The notes under the pieces were generated by a model, which saw only the letters and a list, made by a program, of their open reading frames with translations, was not told the origin of the DNA and did no database searches. From assembly GCA_963736115.1 (NCBI GenBank), contig CAVTNR010000014.1, positions 64,001-128,000 on the forward strand: a stretch of 64,000 bases of DNA. Reading direction: 5' to 3'. Shown here in pieces: positions 9,289-19,933 of this stretch (positions within the stretch are counted from its first letter, which is position 1; each line of letters opens with the position of its first letter). This DNA is from an uncultured bacterium (lineage in GTDB: Bacteria > Zhuqueibacterota > QNDG01 > DTFT01). The position numbers and the translations under genes are program-made.

Positions 9289-10190
9289 TTTCCAGCCTGT
9301 TGTCCTTCAAACCGCTCGATCTGGCGGACCGGGAGACGCTCCGTTCCGCGTTCCGCGCCTACAACCCGGAAACATCCGAATGGACGTTCACGAATTTTTT
9401 CATCTGGCGCAGTTATTACCGGTTCGAATGGGCCCGCGATGAAGACCTGATCGTTTTTCTGTGCAGGCCGGAAAACCAGGAGCCCTTTCTGCTGATGCCG
9501 ATCGGACAGGCCCCCCGGGCGGAAAAAGCGCGTTTCCTTCTCCGCGCTCTGGGTGAAGAGACCGGCGTCCGGTCTCCCGCAATTCACAAAGCGGACGCCC
9601 GGTTCGCGGCTGAACTCGAAGGCCTGCCCGATTTCTCCGTCGAGCCCGAGCGCGACCATTTCGATTACGTCTATGACCGGAAAGCGCTGGCCTCCCTGTC
9701 CGGCCGGAAGCTCCACTCCAAGAAGAATCACCTGAACCGGTTCGAGAGAATCCATCCGGACGCCCGGTATGCGCCGATCGACGCGTCCCTGGTTCCGGCC
9801 TGCATCGAGGTGCTCGACCGGTGGCACGAATCGCGCAACAGCGGGCACAACCCCGTTCTTCTGGCCGAGTCGCAGGCGGTGCGGGAGGCGCTCGGCCATT
9901 TCGAGGCACTCCAGCTCAGCGGCGGCGTCATCCTGATCCGCGACAAGGTCGAAGCGTTCACGCTTGGAAGCGAACTCAGTTCGGACACGGCGGTGGTGCA
10001 CGTCGAAAAAGCGGACCCCGAAATCCCGGGCCTGTACACGGCCATCAACCAGCGTTTCGCCTCGGATGCATGGACCCAGGCATCCTTTTTCAACCGTGAG
10101 CAGGACCTGGGGGAAGAGGGCCTGCGCAAGGCGAAACAGTCCTACAATCCGGCCCGCCTCGTTGAAAAATTCATCGTTCGGCTCCGGTAA
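9285..10190 (+). CDS. DUF2156 family protein (aminoacyl-transferase/GNAT-like fold)
   Basis: DYVY…LSGRKLHSKKNHLNRF, VHVEKA, NREQDLGEEGLRKAKQSYNP. Confidence 0.88.
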   Translation: MISSLLSFKPLDLADRETLRSAFRAYNPETSEWTFTNFFIWRSYYRFEWARDEDLIVFLCRPENQEPFLLMPIGQAPRAEKARFLLRALGEETGVRSPAIHKADARFAAELEGLPDFSVEPERDHFDYVYDRKALASLSGRKLHSKKNHLNRFERIHPDARYAPIDASLVPACIEVLDRWHESRNSGHNPVLLAESQAVREALGHFEALQLSGGVILIRDKVEAFTLGSELSSDTAVVHVEKADPEIPGLYTAINQRFASDAWTQASFFNREQDLGEEGLRKAKQSYNPARLVEKFIVRLR

Positions 10191-10193
10191 ACC

Positions 10194-13100
10194 ATGGATC
10201 TTTCCCCTCAGGCCATCCAGCGTCTCGTTTCTCCGAACATTTACGAACGGGGTCTCCGCTACCGGCGGGAGGGACGGGTCCGCGTCGAGACCGCGGGACC
10301 GGACCGCATTGTGGCCACGGTGCAGGGCCGCAGGCTGTACCGGGTGACGGTGAGGCCGAAAGGAAACCGCCTGGACGCGTTCTGCGACTGCCCTTACCCG
10401 GAGCCGTGCAAGCACATCGCGGCGGCCCTCATCAAGGCGAGGGAGGATCTCGAGGCCGCGGCCGCGGGTTCCGTGAGAGGGGAGGATTCCGAAGAACTCA
10501 CCGCCGGGGAGAAACTGGCACGGCTCGCGGAGGAATCCGCCTCAGGCCCGGCCAGGCGCTGGCGCGTACTCTTCCACCTGCGGTTGCACCCCCATTCCTG
10601 GTCCCTCACGCCCGTGCGCGCCTTCATCCGGCAGAACGGAGATCTGGGCCGCACTGAGGAAATCCTCGACTCCCGGCTGGACCCGGACGAGGACGCCTAT
10701 GCGCCGAACGACCCGTTCATTCTTCCGGCCCTGGAACAGATGAGCGGTTCCAGGCGGCCCTTTCATCCGTGGCGGTCAGAACAACCCGCATCCCGTGAAT
10801 TTCCGTACGGCGCCGAGCTGGGCGGGCTCTTCGATCTGCTGACCGGCAGCCGGATCCTGCTCGCCGGCGGATCCCATTCCGGAAAACCGGTCGAGTTCGC
10901 CTCCGCGGCGTGCAGGCTCGAACTCGAGATGGCGCGGGCCGGCGAGAAAATCGAACTCAGAACGGTTGCCGTTTTTCCGGACCGCAGGGAATCGCTCACC
11001 GACGGCGCGGTCCGCTGGCTCACGGCCAGGCCTTCCTGGATACTCCGGGATCGCACCCTTTTCCGCGCCGATCACCCGGCTTCGGCTTTTCCCGTTCTCC
11101 ACGCGGCCCTGGTCCGACATCCCGTCCGGATGCGTGAGGACGAAGCCGGCCGATTCATCCGTTCCGCGGCGCCCGCGCTCGGGTCGGGCCTGGTGCTTCC
11201 GGAGGGATTCGAAATCGTGCAGGCCGACCGACTGGAGAGGCGCCGGCTGGAAGTGAAGGAAACAGGAGAAGGCCTGCGACTCAGGCTGGTTTTCCGGTAC
11301 GGGGACGCGGAAGTGGACTCCGCGGAACCGGCCGCGGATTTCCTGAAACCGTCTTCGGACGAAAAGCGTTTCCTCCGGATCCTGCGCGACGTCACGGCTG
11401 AAGCGGACGCGCTGAAAAGAGTGACTGCAACCGGAGTCAGGCGGGACACCGCGGGCGCATTGACCGTGCCTCACAGGAAGGCGCTGGACTGGCTTCTCGG
11501 GGAAACGGCCGGACTGGCCGCGGCCGGAATTAGTATCGAGGGTCTGGCCGGCCTGAACCGGTATAAGGTCAGGCGCAGGCGTCCTGAATTGAAACTGGCT
11601 GTTTCCTCGGGCATCGATTGGTTCGATCTGCGTTTTGCCGTGACCTTCGACGGCGCGTCCGTGCGTTTTGAGGACCTGGCGGAAAGCGTTGAAAAGAAAA
11701 CGCGTCTGGTCCGCCTGGCCGGCGGCGCGGTCGGCGAACTGCCGGCGGAATGGGCGGAAGCCTTTCGCTCCGTCTTCCACTTCGGACGCCGCGGACGGGA
11801 TTCGGTGCGCCTGTCCAGATGGCAGGCCGGGCTGATCGAGGCATTGATCGAGGGCGCGGCGTCCGCGGAAACGGACGAGCCCTTCCGGAAGACACTGGAA
11901 CGCTTGAAGGGATTCAACGGCATTGTGCGCCAGGAGCCCCCGGCCGGATTCACCGGGACCCTGAGGCCTTATCAGCGGGCCGGCCTCGACTGGCTGTGCT
12001 TTCTCAAGACGGGGCCTTTCGGCGGCCTGCTCGCGGATGACATGGGACTCGGCAAGACCGTTCAGACGCTCGCCTTTCTGATGAAGGAGAGGGAAGATGG
12101 GGCACGGGATCCTTTTCTCATCGTCTGCCCGACGACCGTGGTGTTCAACTGGGAGCATGAGATCCGCCGCTTCACGCCGGGCCTGACCGTACTCACGCAT
12201 GCGGGTCAGGACCGGGCCCGGGACCTGTCGGGTTTCAAGGGCACGGACATCGTGCTGACCAGCTACGGAATCCTCCTGCGGGACATCGCGTTGTTCCGGA
12301 AAACATCTTTCCACTGTGTGGTGCTCGACGAATCCCAGAAAATCAAGAATCCCGCGACCCTGTCCAGTCGCGCGGTACGGACGATCCGTTCGCCCTTTCG
12401 GCTCGCGCTGACCGGAACGCCGGTGGAAAACCGCGCCGTGGAGCTCTGGTCCCAGTTCGCCTTTCTGAACCCGGGTCTTCTCGGTAGCCTTGAGGCCTTC
12501 AGGCGGGAATTCGCCGGCCAGGTGGACAAGGCGGAATCTCCGGATGCCGCGGCCGCGGTGCGAAGGCTGACGCATCCCTTCATTCTGAGGCGGACCAAGG
12601 AAGCCGTCGCCCGGGAACTGCCCCCGAAAGTGGAGCAGACCTATCTCTGCCCCATGAATCCGGCCCAGGAAAAACTGTACCACAAATGGCGGGATTACTA
12701 CCGGGTGCGCATTCTCGAATCGATCGAATCGGAGGGAATCGGCCGCTCGCGCATGCTCGTGCTCGAAGGCCTGCTCCGGCTCCGGCAGATCGCCTGCCAC
12801 CCGAAACTCGTCGGGGAGGAGCACACCGGTTCGGAGAAATTCGAATCTCTGAAGGAAATTCTGGAGGATGTCGTTTCGGAAGGGCACAAGGTGCTCGTCT
12901 TCTCCCAGTTCACCAAAATGCTGGCCATCGTGCGCCAGCACCTGGACGGACGCGGCATCCGTTATGCCTATCTCGACGGACGCACGCGGAACCGGGAGAA
13001 GACGGTTACGGAATTCCAGTCCGCCTCGGGCCCCCCGATATTCCTGATCAGCCTGCGCGCGGGCGGTACGGGCATCAATCTCACGGCCGCGGATTACGTG

Positions 13101-13337
13101 ATCCTGTACGACCCCTGGTGGAACCCCGCGGTCGAGCGACAGGCCGTGGACCGGAGTCACCGGATCGGCCAGGACAAGAACGTGTTCGTCGTGAAGCTGA
13201 TCGGCAAGGACACGATCGAGGAAAAAGTGCTCGAGCTCCAGGAAAAGAAGAAGCGCATCGTGACCAGCCTGATCGCGGGCGAGGCGGAGGCGTTCAAGAC
13301 CCTGACCCGGCAGGATATCGAAGCGCTGTTCGGGTGA
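10194..13337 (+). CDS. SWIM zinc finger-SNF2 family helicase
   Basis: CDCP…CKH (SWIM); LADDMGLGKT, LDESQKIKN, LTGTPVEN, SLRAGGTGINLTAAD, DRSHRIGQ. Confidence 0.95.
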   Translation: MDLSPQAIQRLVSPNIYERGLRYRREGRVRVETAGPDRIVATVQGRRLYRVTVRPKGNRLDAFCDCPYPEPCKHIAAALIKAREDLEAAAAGSVRGEDSEELTAGEKLARLAEESASGPARRWRVLFHLRLHPHSWSLTPVRAFIRQNGDLGRTEEILDSRLDPDEDAYAPNDPFILPALEQMSGSRRPFHPWRSEQPASREFPYGAELGGLFDLLTGSRILLAGGSHSGKPVEFASAACRLELEMARAGEKIELRTVAVFPDRRESLTDGAVRWLTARPSWILRDRTLFRADHPASAFPVLHAALVRHPVRMREDEAGRFIRSAAPALGSGLVLPEGFEIVQADRLERRRLEVKETGEGLRLRLVFRYGDAEVDSAEPAADFLKPSSDEKRFLRILRDVTAEADALKRVTATGVRRDTAGALTVPHRKALDWLLGETAGLAAAGISIEGLAGLNRYKVRRRRPELKLAVSSGIDWFDLRFAVTFDGASVRFEDLAESVEKKTRLVRLAGGAVGELPAEWAEAFRSVFHFGRRGRDSVRLSRWQAGLIEALIEGAASAETDEPFRKTLERLKGFNGIVRQEPPAGFTGTLRPYQRAGLDWLCFLKTGPFGGLLADDMGLGKTVQTLAFLMKEREDGARDPFLIVCPTTVVFNWEHEIRRFTPGLTVLTHAGQDRARDLSGFKGTDIVLTSYGILLRDIALFRKTSFHCVVLDESQKIKNPATLSSRAVRTIRSPFRLALTGTPVENRAVELWSQFAFLNPGLLGSLEAFRREFAGQVDKAESPDAAAAVRRLTHPFILRRTKEAVARELPPKVEQTYLCPMNPAQEKLYHKWRDYYRVRILESIESEGIGRSRMLVLEGLLRLRQIACHPKLVGEEHTGSEKFESLKEILEDVVSEGHKVLVFSQFTKMLAIVRQHLDGRGIRYAYLDGRTRNREKTVTEFQSASGPPIFLISLRAGGTGINLTAADYVILYDPWWNPAVERQAVDRSHRIGQDKNVFVVKLIGKDTIEEKVLELQEKKKRIVTSLIAGEAEAFKTLTRQDIEALFG

Positions 13338-13378
13338 CAAAGGGTTCCGCGTTCCGGGTTCCGGGTCGAGAGGGGGGT

Positions 13379-13410
13379 GTCATCCCCGAATTCTTTAATC
13401 GGGGATCCAG
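13379..13410. repeat. GTCAT-type REP-like hairpin
   Basis: GTCATCCCCGA-ATTCTTTAA-TCGGGGATCCAG, preceded by short GGTTCCG heptamers. Confidence 0.5.
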
Positions 13411-13611
13411 GGGGGTGGGGAATGGATGTCATATAGCTTTGTTCGACATTAAATATCCGGCCCCCGGGAAAAATCTTCCACCTATACATGGAAAAAATTG
13501 CCACTACAGGTAGAAAAAGGAAGTACAGTAAACGAATGAGATTGCGTAGGAAAGGTACCTAATCCCATAAAAAACAATAAATTTATGCTTTCCCCTAAAT
13601 GTATGATGGTA

Positions 13612-13627
13612 TGGCACACGTTTTGTA
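13612..13627 (+). promoter_or_regulatory. sigma54-like promoter (-24/-12)
   Basis: TGGCACACGTTTTGTA = GG-N10-GT, one deviation from GG-N10-GC. Confidence 0.55.
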
Positions 13628-13637
13628 TATGGTTATG

Positions 13638-13702
13638 GTAGCCATCAAAATTCCTTTCCTCTTCCCCTAAAGCCGTTGTTCCTTCAACGGCTTTTCTTTT
13701 TT
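13638..13702 (+). ncRNA. Candidate ~65-nt sRNA with anti-SD-like seed and intrinsic terminator
   Basis: Lies between the sigma54 box and hairpin AAAGCCGTTG-TTCCTT-CAACGGCTTT plus U-tract; single-stranded CCATCAAAATTCCTTTCCTCTTCCCC. Confidence 0.45.
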
Positions 13703-13729
13703 GACTTTATCGCGCTTGCTGACTATATT
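13701..13729 (+). promoter_or_regulatory. sigma70 promoter of mutY (near-leaderless)
   Basis: TTGACT-N17-TATATT; ATG only 9 nt downstream with no SD. Confidence 0.7.
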
Positions 13730-13738
13730 AACCCTTCC

Positions 13739-14860
13739 ATGATTGCTTCCCAGAGGATAAAATTCCGCTCCAGACTGGTCCGCTGGTTCAGGGCCAGCCG
13801 CAGACCTATGCCCTGGCGGGAAACGGACGACCCTTATAAAATCTGGATTTCCGAGACCCTTCTCCAGCAAACCCAGGTCGCCACAGCCACAGGTTATTAC
13901 CTTCGGTTCATTGAACGCTTCCCGGATGTCCGGAGTCTCTCCAGAGCCAGGCTTCAAACCGTTCTGAAGCTCTGGGAGGGATTGGGCTATTACGCCAGGG
14001 CCAGGAACCTGCTTCGCGCAGCTGCCGAGATAGTGCGCCGGTTCGACGGCCGCGTGCCGGACCGCATGGAGGACCTGCTCTCCCTTCCGGGCATAGGCCG
14101 TTACACGGCCGGCGCCGTACTCTCCATCGCGTACGGCCAGCCCGTGCCGGTTTTGGACGGCAATGTGATCCGCGTCCTATCCCGCCTTTTCCGTGTCGAG
14201 GAGGATAGCGGCAAGCCTGCCACGCGGGAGTCTCTGTGGGATCTGGCCGCTTCGCTCATGCCCCGGTCCGGAACACGGGATTACAACGAAGCGATCATGG
14301 AGCTCGGGGCCGTGATCTGCGTTCCCAGAAATCCCTCCTGTCCGGAATGTCCTGTCCGTACTGTCTGTAAGGCCTTTGCCGCGTCGGTCCAGAACGATTA
14401 TCCGAGATCCTCTCCGAGAAAAGCCATTCCGCACAAGGATGTCACGGCTGGAATCATCTGGAAAAACGGCAAATTTCTGATTACATTACGTCCGGCAAGA
14501 GGTATGCTCGGCGGGCTGTGGGAATTCCCGGGCGGCAAGGCTGAGCCTGGCGAGACCCTGGAACAATGCCTGAAGCGGGAGATCCGCGAGGAACTCGGCA
14601 TTCATATCCGTGTCCTGAGAAAACTGGTTTCAGTCAATCACGCGTACACGCATTTCCGGATCACGCTTCACGCTTTTGAATGCCTGGCCGGGGCCGGCCG
14701 CATACGGCCGATTGCCTGCGATGATTATAAATGGATTACGTCCCGCGAGCTCGACCGCTATCCGTTTCCGGGCGCGGACCGTAAAATCATAGCCCTGCTG
14801 AGCCGCATCGATCCGCCGGGACGCGGATCGCTCCGGTCGGATAAAGGAGAAAGCAAATGA
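13739..14860 (+). CDS. mutY: A/G-specific adenine glycosylase with NUDIX-like C-terminal domain
   Basis: PWR…DPYKIWISE.LLQQT, WEGLGYYARARNL, LPGIGRYTAGA, CxxxxxxCxxCPxxxxC Fe-S motif, WEFPGGK. Confidence 0.96.
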   Translation: MIASQRIKFRSRLVRWFRASRRPMPWRETDDPYKIWISETLLQQTQVATATGYYLRFIERFPDVRSLSRARLQTVLKLWEGLGYYARARNLLRAAAEIVRRFDGRVPDRMEDLLSLPGIGRYTAGAVLSIAYGQPVPVLDGNVIRVLSRLFRVEEDSGKPATRESLWDLAASLMPRSGTRDYNEAIMELGAVICVPRNPSCPECPVRTVCKAFAASVQNDYPRSSPRKAIPHKDVTAGIIWKNGKFLITLRPARGMLGGLWEFPGGKAEPGETLEQCLKREIREELGIHIRVLRKLVSVNHAYTHFRITLHAFECLAGAGRIRPIACDDYKWITSRELDRYPFPGADRKIIALLSRIDPPGRGSLRSDKGESK

Positions 14861-15192
14861 AGATTGCTCATTTAGAGGACGTTCCAGCCGAACCCGTCAC
14901 GGTCGAAGGCGCCGAACAGACGTCAATCCGCTGGCTGATCGCCAAGGAAGACGGCGCGCCGAACTTCGTCATGCGGCTGTTCGAGATCGGCCCGGGAGGC
15001 CGGACGCCCCTGCATACGCACTCCAACGAGCATGAAGTTTTCGTAGTCGAAGGAGAGGGATCCGTCTGGCGCGATGGGGCCGATGTTCCGATCATGCCGG
15101 GTACAGCGGTTTTCGTTCCCGGAAGCGAGAAGCACTGCTTCAAGAACCGGGGGAATACACCTTTCCGTTTCCTCTGTCTCATCCCCGTCTGA
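14857..15192 (+). CDS. Cupin domain protein
   Basis: TPLHTHSNEHEVFVVEGEG…VFVPGSEKHCF. Confidence 0.9.
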   Translation: MKIAHLEDVPAEPVTVEGAEQTSIRWLIAKEDGAPNFVMRLFEIGPGGRTPLHTHSNEHEVFVVEGEGSVWRDGADVPIMPGTAVFVPGSEKHCFKNRGNTPFRFLCLIPV

Positions 15193-15229
15193 CCATGTGC
15201 GCCCGGCCGGTTATAAAGGAACGTTTATT

Positions 15230-16885
15230 ATGGAAGGAGAAACCTTGAGAATCGCAATGGTTGCGCTGGCCTGCATCGGCCTCGGCTGGCTGTCAGGATG
15301 CGGCCCCGGAGCTGAGGAAAAAGCCGCGGCTGAATTCGTCGCTGAAAAAACGGCTGAACTCGAACCGCTCATGAAAGCAGCGAATCTCGCCTACTGGAAG
15401 GCTTCCACGACAGGCGATGAAACCGCGTACGCGGAATACGCTGAGGCTGATCTTGCGATTCGAAAGGTGTATTCGGACTCCGCGGGATTCGGCCTGCTCG
15501 CCGGATGGAAAAAGGACCTGAAAAAGGCCGATCCGCTCCTGTTCCGCAGAATAGAACTCCTGCACAACGCCTTTCTCATCAACCAGGTCGAACCCGGTCT
15601 GCTCAAGGAAATCGCGGACCTGGCCGCAGCCACTGAAGGCCGGTTCAGCACGTTCCGGGGCCTCATGGACGGCAAGCCGGTCACTGCGAACAAAATCAGC
15701 GAGATACTCAAGGAATCCCGCGATTCGGCGGAGCGGAAGAAGGCCTGGCAGGCCTCCAAGCAGGTCGGGGCCGCGGTCGCGGACGATGTGATACGGCTCG
15801 TCAAGCTCCGGAACCGCGCAGCTCAGGCCGCGGGATACGACAATTACTACAGCCTCGCGCTCGCTGCCGCGGAACAGGATGCGGCTGAGGTCAGCCGGCT
15901 GTTCGATGCACTTTACAGTCAGACGGAAGAGCCGTACGGACGGGTGAAGGCGGAAATCGACTCCCTGGTAGCGGCTCAGTCCGGCGTCCGGACCGCGGAT
16001 CTTCGGCCCTGGCATTACCGGGATCCCTTCTTCCAGGAAGCGCCTCAGGCTGGCTTGGAGGAACTGGACCGTTTCTACAAGGGTCGCGACATCAGCGGCC
16101 TGGCATCCGCCTATTTCACGTCCATCGGCATGCCTGTCGATTCCGTTCTCTCGAAGAGCGATCTGTTCGAGCGCGAAGGCAAGAACCCGCACGCGTTCTG
16201 CACGGACATTGACCGGAACGGCGACGTTCGCATTCTCTGCAACATCCGCGACAATGAGCAGTGGATGGAAACCACCCTGCACGAGCTCGGGCATGCGGTG
16301 TATTCCTATTACACGGACCGGAGCCTGCCTTTCCTGCTTCGCGACGCTGCGCACGCCTTCACCACCGAGGGTGTGGCCGAGTATTTCGGCGCCTTGTCGC
16401 GCGATGCGGACTGGATGGAAGCGAATCTCAAGATATCGAAAGAGGACGCGGACCGTATCCGGCCTGCGGGAAGGGGCATGACCCGGGCCCAGAAGCTCGT
16501 TTTCGCGAGATGGGACATGGTCATGACCGCTTTCGAGCGGGGGCTGTACGAGAACCCGGACCGCGACCTGAACGCGTTCTGGTGGGATCTGGTCGAAAAA
16601 TACCAGGGCGTAAAACGGCCCGAGGGCCGGAACGAGCCGGACTGGGCGGCCAAGATCCACTTTGTCATGGCGCCCTGCTATTACCACAATTACCTGCTCG
16701 GCGAGATGTTCGCGTCGCAGATGCGGGTCTCGATCGCGTCCCTGCGCCCGGAACAGGTCGGCGGGTTTTTCCGAGAGAAGGTGTTCGAGCCCGGAACGCG
16801 GTATTCCTGGAACGAAATGATCAAAAGGGCCACCGGCGAGCCGCTGAATCCGAAGTATTTCACGGAAGAGGTGGTGAAGGAATAG
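15230..16885 (+). CDS. M2/M3-family zinc oligopeptidase, lipoprotein
   Basis: Lipobox LSGC; HELGH and downstream TEGVA; YYHNYLLG. Confidence 0.88.
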   Translation: MEGETLRIAMVALACIGLGWLSGCGPGAEEKAAAEFVAEKTAELEPLMKAANLAYWKASTTGDETAYAEYAEADLAIRKVYSDSAGFGLLAGWKKDLKKADPLLFRRIELLHNAFLINQVEPGLLKEIADLAAATEGRFSTFRGLMDGKPVTANKISEILKESRDSAERKKAWQASKQVGAAVADDVIRLVKLRNRAAQAAGYDNYYSLALAAAEQDAAEVSRLFDALYSQTEEPYGRVKAEIDSLVAAQSGVRTADLRPWHYRDPFFQEAPQAGLEELDRFYKGRDISGLASAYFTSIGMPVDSVLSKSDLFEREGKNPHAFCTDIDRNGDVRILCNIRDNEQWMETTLHELGHAVYSYYTDRSLPFLLRDAAHAFTTEGVAEYFGALSRDADWMEANLKISKEDADRIRPAGRGMTRAQKLVFARWDMVMTAFERGLYENPDRDLNAFWWDLVEKYQGVKRPEGRNEPDWAAKIHFVMAPCYYHNYLLGEMFASQMRVSIASLRPEQVGGFFREKVFEPGTRYSWNEMIKRATGEPLNPKYFTEEVVKE

Positions 16886-17057
16886 AGAAATTTCAACGCC
16901 GATCGCCCGGGATTCCGACGGTCCCGGGCGTAGAGTGGCTCATGATCGCGCCAGGGTTCTACCCTGGCACGCATCGTAAACCATGCGGCCAATTGCCTCG
17001 ATCACGCCGGGCTTGCACCTGGCAGAAAAAAAAAGCCAACTTTCCCGGGAGGCTCCC

Positions 17058-18446
17058 ATGAAACATAGATGCTTTATCCTGTTCGGATGCCTGCTCTTCG
17101 CCTCGATCCTGTCAGCCGATGACGGCTGGCAGAACCTGTTCAACGGCAAGAACTTGAGAAACTGGCAGGTTCTGAACGGAGACGGCGAATTCAGGATTGA
17201 AGACGGTGTCATCGTGGCCGTAAGCAGGATGGGCATCCCGAATACGTTTCTGTCCACGAAAAAGAGTTACGGCGATTTCATCCTTGAATACGATGTCCGG
17301 ATCGATTCGGGATTGAATTCCGGCGTGCAGATCCGCAGCCAGAGCCTGCCTGAATACCAGAACGGCCGCGTTCACGGGTACCAGGTCGAAATGGATCCCA
17401 CGCCGCGCGCGTGGACCGGTGGTATCTATGATGAGGCAAGGCGGGGATGGCTCTACAATCTCGAATGCAATCCGAAGGCGAAAGCGGCTTTCAAGCCGGA
17501 GGATTGGAACCATTTCCGGGTCGAGGCGATCGGAAACCACATCCGTGTGTGGCTGAACGGAACGCCCTCAGCGGATATCGTGGATGACATGACTCCAAAA
17601 GGATTCATCGCTCTTCAATCGCATGCCATTTATGCCGAAAGCGATGCGGGCAAAACTGTCCGGTTTCGGAATATCCGCATCCGCACTGACCATCTGGATG
17701 AAGTAAAAACACCGATTTCCCAAGAAATCCCCCAAAACAACTATCTGAATAACACCCTCACCGAGCGGGAAAAGAAGGATGGCTGGCGGCTTCTCTGGGA
17801 CGGCACAACCGCGGCTGGATGGCGGGGCGCCAAACTGAATCATTTTCCGGAGCAGGGCTGGAAAATAGCGGACGGCATGATCACAGTTATCAAATCGGGT
17901 GGGGGCGAGTCAAAGGGCGGCGGGGATATCGTGACCGTGAAGACCTGCAAAAATTTCGAGCTGGAGGTGGATTTCAAGATCACTGAAGGCGCGAACAGCG
18001 GCATCAAATATTTCGTGGATACGGAATTGAACAAGGGAGAAGGTTCGTCCATCGGGTGCGAATACCAGATTCTGGATGACAAGCTCCACCCCGATGCCAA
18101 ACTGGGCACTGCCGGCAACCGGACCCTGGCGTCTCTGTACGACCTCATTCCCGCGGACGCGCATTTCTGCGCGCCGAACGAGAGCACAGCCAAACGCGTG
18201 AACGAGTATGGCTGGAACCGGGCGAAGATCGTTGTGAACGGGAATCACGTGGAGCACTATCTCAACGGAATCAAAGTCGTCGAATACGACCGCCGCACCC
18301 AGGTGTGGCGAGCGTTGGTGGCGCGGAGCAAATATGCGGTCTGGCCCGGTTTCGGGGAGGCGGAGGAGGGACACATTCTGCTCCAGGACCACGGGGACGA
18401 GGTTTCATTCAAGAACATCAAGATCAGAGAAAAGGACGCGTCATGA
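17058..18446 (+). CDS. Two-domain DUF1080 (3-keto-disaccharide hydrolase/lyase) protein, secreted
   Basis: Signal peptide; [31 protein letters not shown]; second copy [27 protein letters not shown]. Confidence 0.9.
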   Translation: MKHRCFILFGCLLFASILSADDGWQNLFNGKNLRNWQVLNGDGEFRIEDGVIVAVSRMGIPNTFLSTKKSYGDFILEYDVRIDSGLNSGVQIRSQSLPEYQNGRVHGYQVEMDPTPRAWTGGIYDEARRGWLYNLECNPKAKAAFKPEDWNHFRVEAIGNHIRVWLNGTPSADIVDDMTPKGFIALQSHAIYAESDAGKTVRFRNIRIRTDHLDEVKTPISQEIPQNNYLNNTLTEREKKDGWRLLWDGTTAAGWRGAKLNHFPEQGWKIADGMITVIKSGGGESKGGGDIVTVKTCKNFELEVDFKITEGANSGIKYFVDTELNKGEGSSIGCEYQILDDKLHPDAKLGTAGNRTLASLYDLIPADAHFCAPNESTAKRVNEYGWNRAKIVVNGNHVEHYLNGIKVVEYDRRTQVWRALVARSKYAVWPGFGEAEEGHILLQDHGDEVSFKNIKIREKDAS

Positions 18447-19777
18447 GCGAAAACTGGTCGAGACGGGACTTCATCCGGAACGCGTCCGCAGCTTCCCTGG
18501 GATTGACGTTCGGCATGACCGCTTTACGCGCAAAAGGCCAAAGCCGGATCATCGGCGCGAACGACCGGGTGAATTTTGGGGTCATCGGATTGCACGGCCG
18601 GGGGCGCGAGCATATCCTGTCCATCAACGCATGCCCGAACGCGGCAGTGACCCATGTGTGCGATGTGGATCAGCGAGAACTGGAACGGGGCGCGGCGCTC
18701 GTGCGGGAGGTTTCAGGAAAATCGCCTCAAACGGTAAAGGATTTCCGCGTCCTGCTTGAAAGCAGGGATGTGGACGCGATTGCCATAGCGACACCTGAGC
18801 ACTGGCACGCGCCCATGGCCATACTCGGGTTGCAGGCCGGCAAGCACGTGTATGTGGAGAAACCGTGCAGTCACAATCCGGCCGAGGGCGAGATGCTGAT
18901 CCGGGCACAACGGAAAACTCAAAGGCTCGTGCAGATGGGCAATCAGCAGCGGTCCTCGCCCCACACGCAGGAAGCCATGCAGAAAATTCACGAAGGCATC
19001 ATCGGCCGAGCCTGTTACGGCAAGGCCTGGTACAACAACAAACGGCCGGGTATCGGGGTGGGGCGCCAGGTTCCCGTGCCTGCGGAACTCGATTGGGATC
19101 TCTGGCAGGGGCCGGCGCCGAGGCGTCCGTACAAGGACAATATCCACCCCTACAACTGGCACTGGTTCTGGCACTGGGGCACGGGCGAAACCCTGAACAA
19201 CGGCACGCACGAGGTCGATCTATGCCTCTGGGCGCTGAACGTGAAAACTCCCGATTCCGTGAGCGCGAGCGGAGGCCGGTATCATTTCAAGGATGACTGG
19301 GAATTCTATGACACTCTGGTCACGGAATACGCCTACGCGGACAAGATGATCACCTGGGAGGGCAGAAGCTGTAACAACATGAACCAATACGGCCGGGGCA
19401 GGGGAGTGACGATTCACGGCACTGAAGGCACGGTCCTGATCGATCGAAACGGATATGAGATTTATGACAACGACAATAAGCAGAGTTTTTCCTTTTACAA
19501 ACCGGAGATGGACGCCACGACCGGATTGGCGGGCGGCGGGCCCATGACTGACGCCCATTTCGCCAATTTGGTCAATGCCATCCGGGTCGGAGAAAAGCTG
19601 AATTCGCCCATCGAAGAGGGAAATCTGAGCGTGACCATGCTGCTGCTCTCCAATATCGCGTGGAAGACGGGGCGGACATTGAAGCTCGATCCATCCAATG
19701 CGCATATACAAAAGGATAAAAGGGCAATGGCCCTGTGGGGCCGCGAATATGAAAAGGGGTGGGAACCGAAGGTGTGA
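18443..19777 (+). CDS. Gfo/Idh/MocA oxidoreductase, Tat-exported
   Basis: [42 protein letters not shown]. Confidence 0.93.
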   Translation: MSENWSRRDFIRNASAASLGLTFGMTALRAKGQSRIIGANDRVNFGVIGLHGRGREHILSINACPNAAVTHVCDVDQRELERGAALVREVSGKSPQTVKDFRVLLESRDVDAIAIATPEHWHAPMAILGLQAGKHVYVEKPCSHNPAEGEMLIRAQRKTQRLVQMGNQQRSSPHTQEAMQKIHEGIIGRACYGKAWYNNKRPGIGVGRQVPVPAELDWDLWQGPAPRRPYKDNIHPYNWHWFWHWGTGETLNNGTHEVDLCLWALNVKTPDSVSASGGRYHFKDDWEFYDTLVTEYAYADKMITWEGRSCNNMNQYGRGRGVTIHGTEGTVLIDRNGYEIYDNDNKQSFSFYKPEMDATTGLAGGGPMTDAHFANLVNAIRVGEKLNSPIEEGNLSVTMLLLSNIAWKTGRTLKLDPSNAHIQKDKRAMALWGREYEKGWEPKV

Positions 19778-19791
19778 TCGGTTCTCCACTC

Positions 19792-19863
19792 GGCCCCCTG
19801 ACAAGCCTTCAATCATGATCCATCTGATTGATTGGTCCCGCGCAGCGGGAGGGGCAACGGGGG
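19792..19863. repeat. Partial copy of the ~135-bp palindromic element
   Basis: GCCTTCAAT-N~20-TTGGTCCCGCGCAGCGGGA. Confidence 0.65.
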
Positions 19864-19933
19864 TTGCCTAAAGGTTTAACCGGACATTCATGTATATAAC
19901 TAAACTTGACTCATGATCGTACGGGATGAGAAA

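Noticed and set aside
10194-13337. SNF2 helicase as part of an anti-phage system
   Set aside because: Ordinary SWIM-SNF2 architecture in a host-like GC context with no methylase or nuclease partners
10776-13340. Long antisense ORFs (also 34514-36931, 39429-41240, 44356-45972, 46177-47748)
   Set aside because: Shadow frames of well-supported genes in GC-rich DNA, with no recognisable motifs
16900-17030. Cluster of short GC hairpins (similar one at 26993-27021) as a riboswitch
   Set aside because: No known aptamer motif recognised; more likely minor REP-like or terminator hairpins, too weak to call
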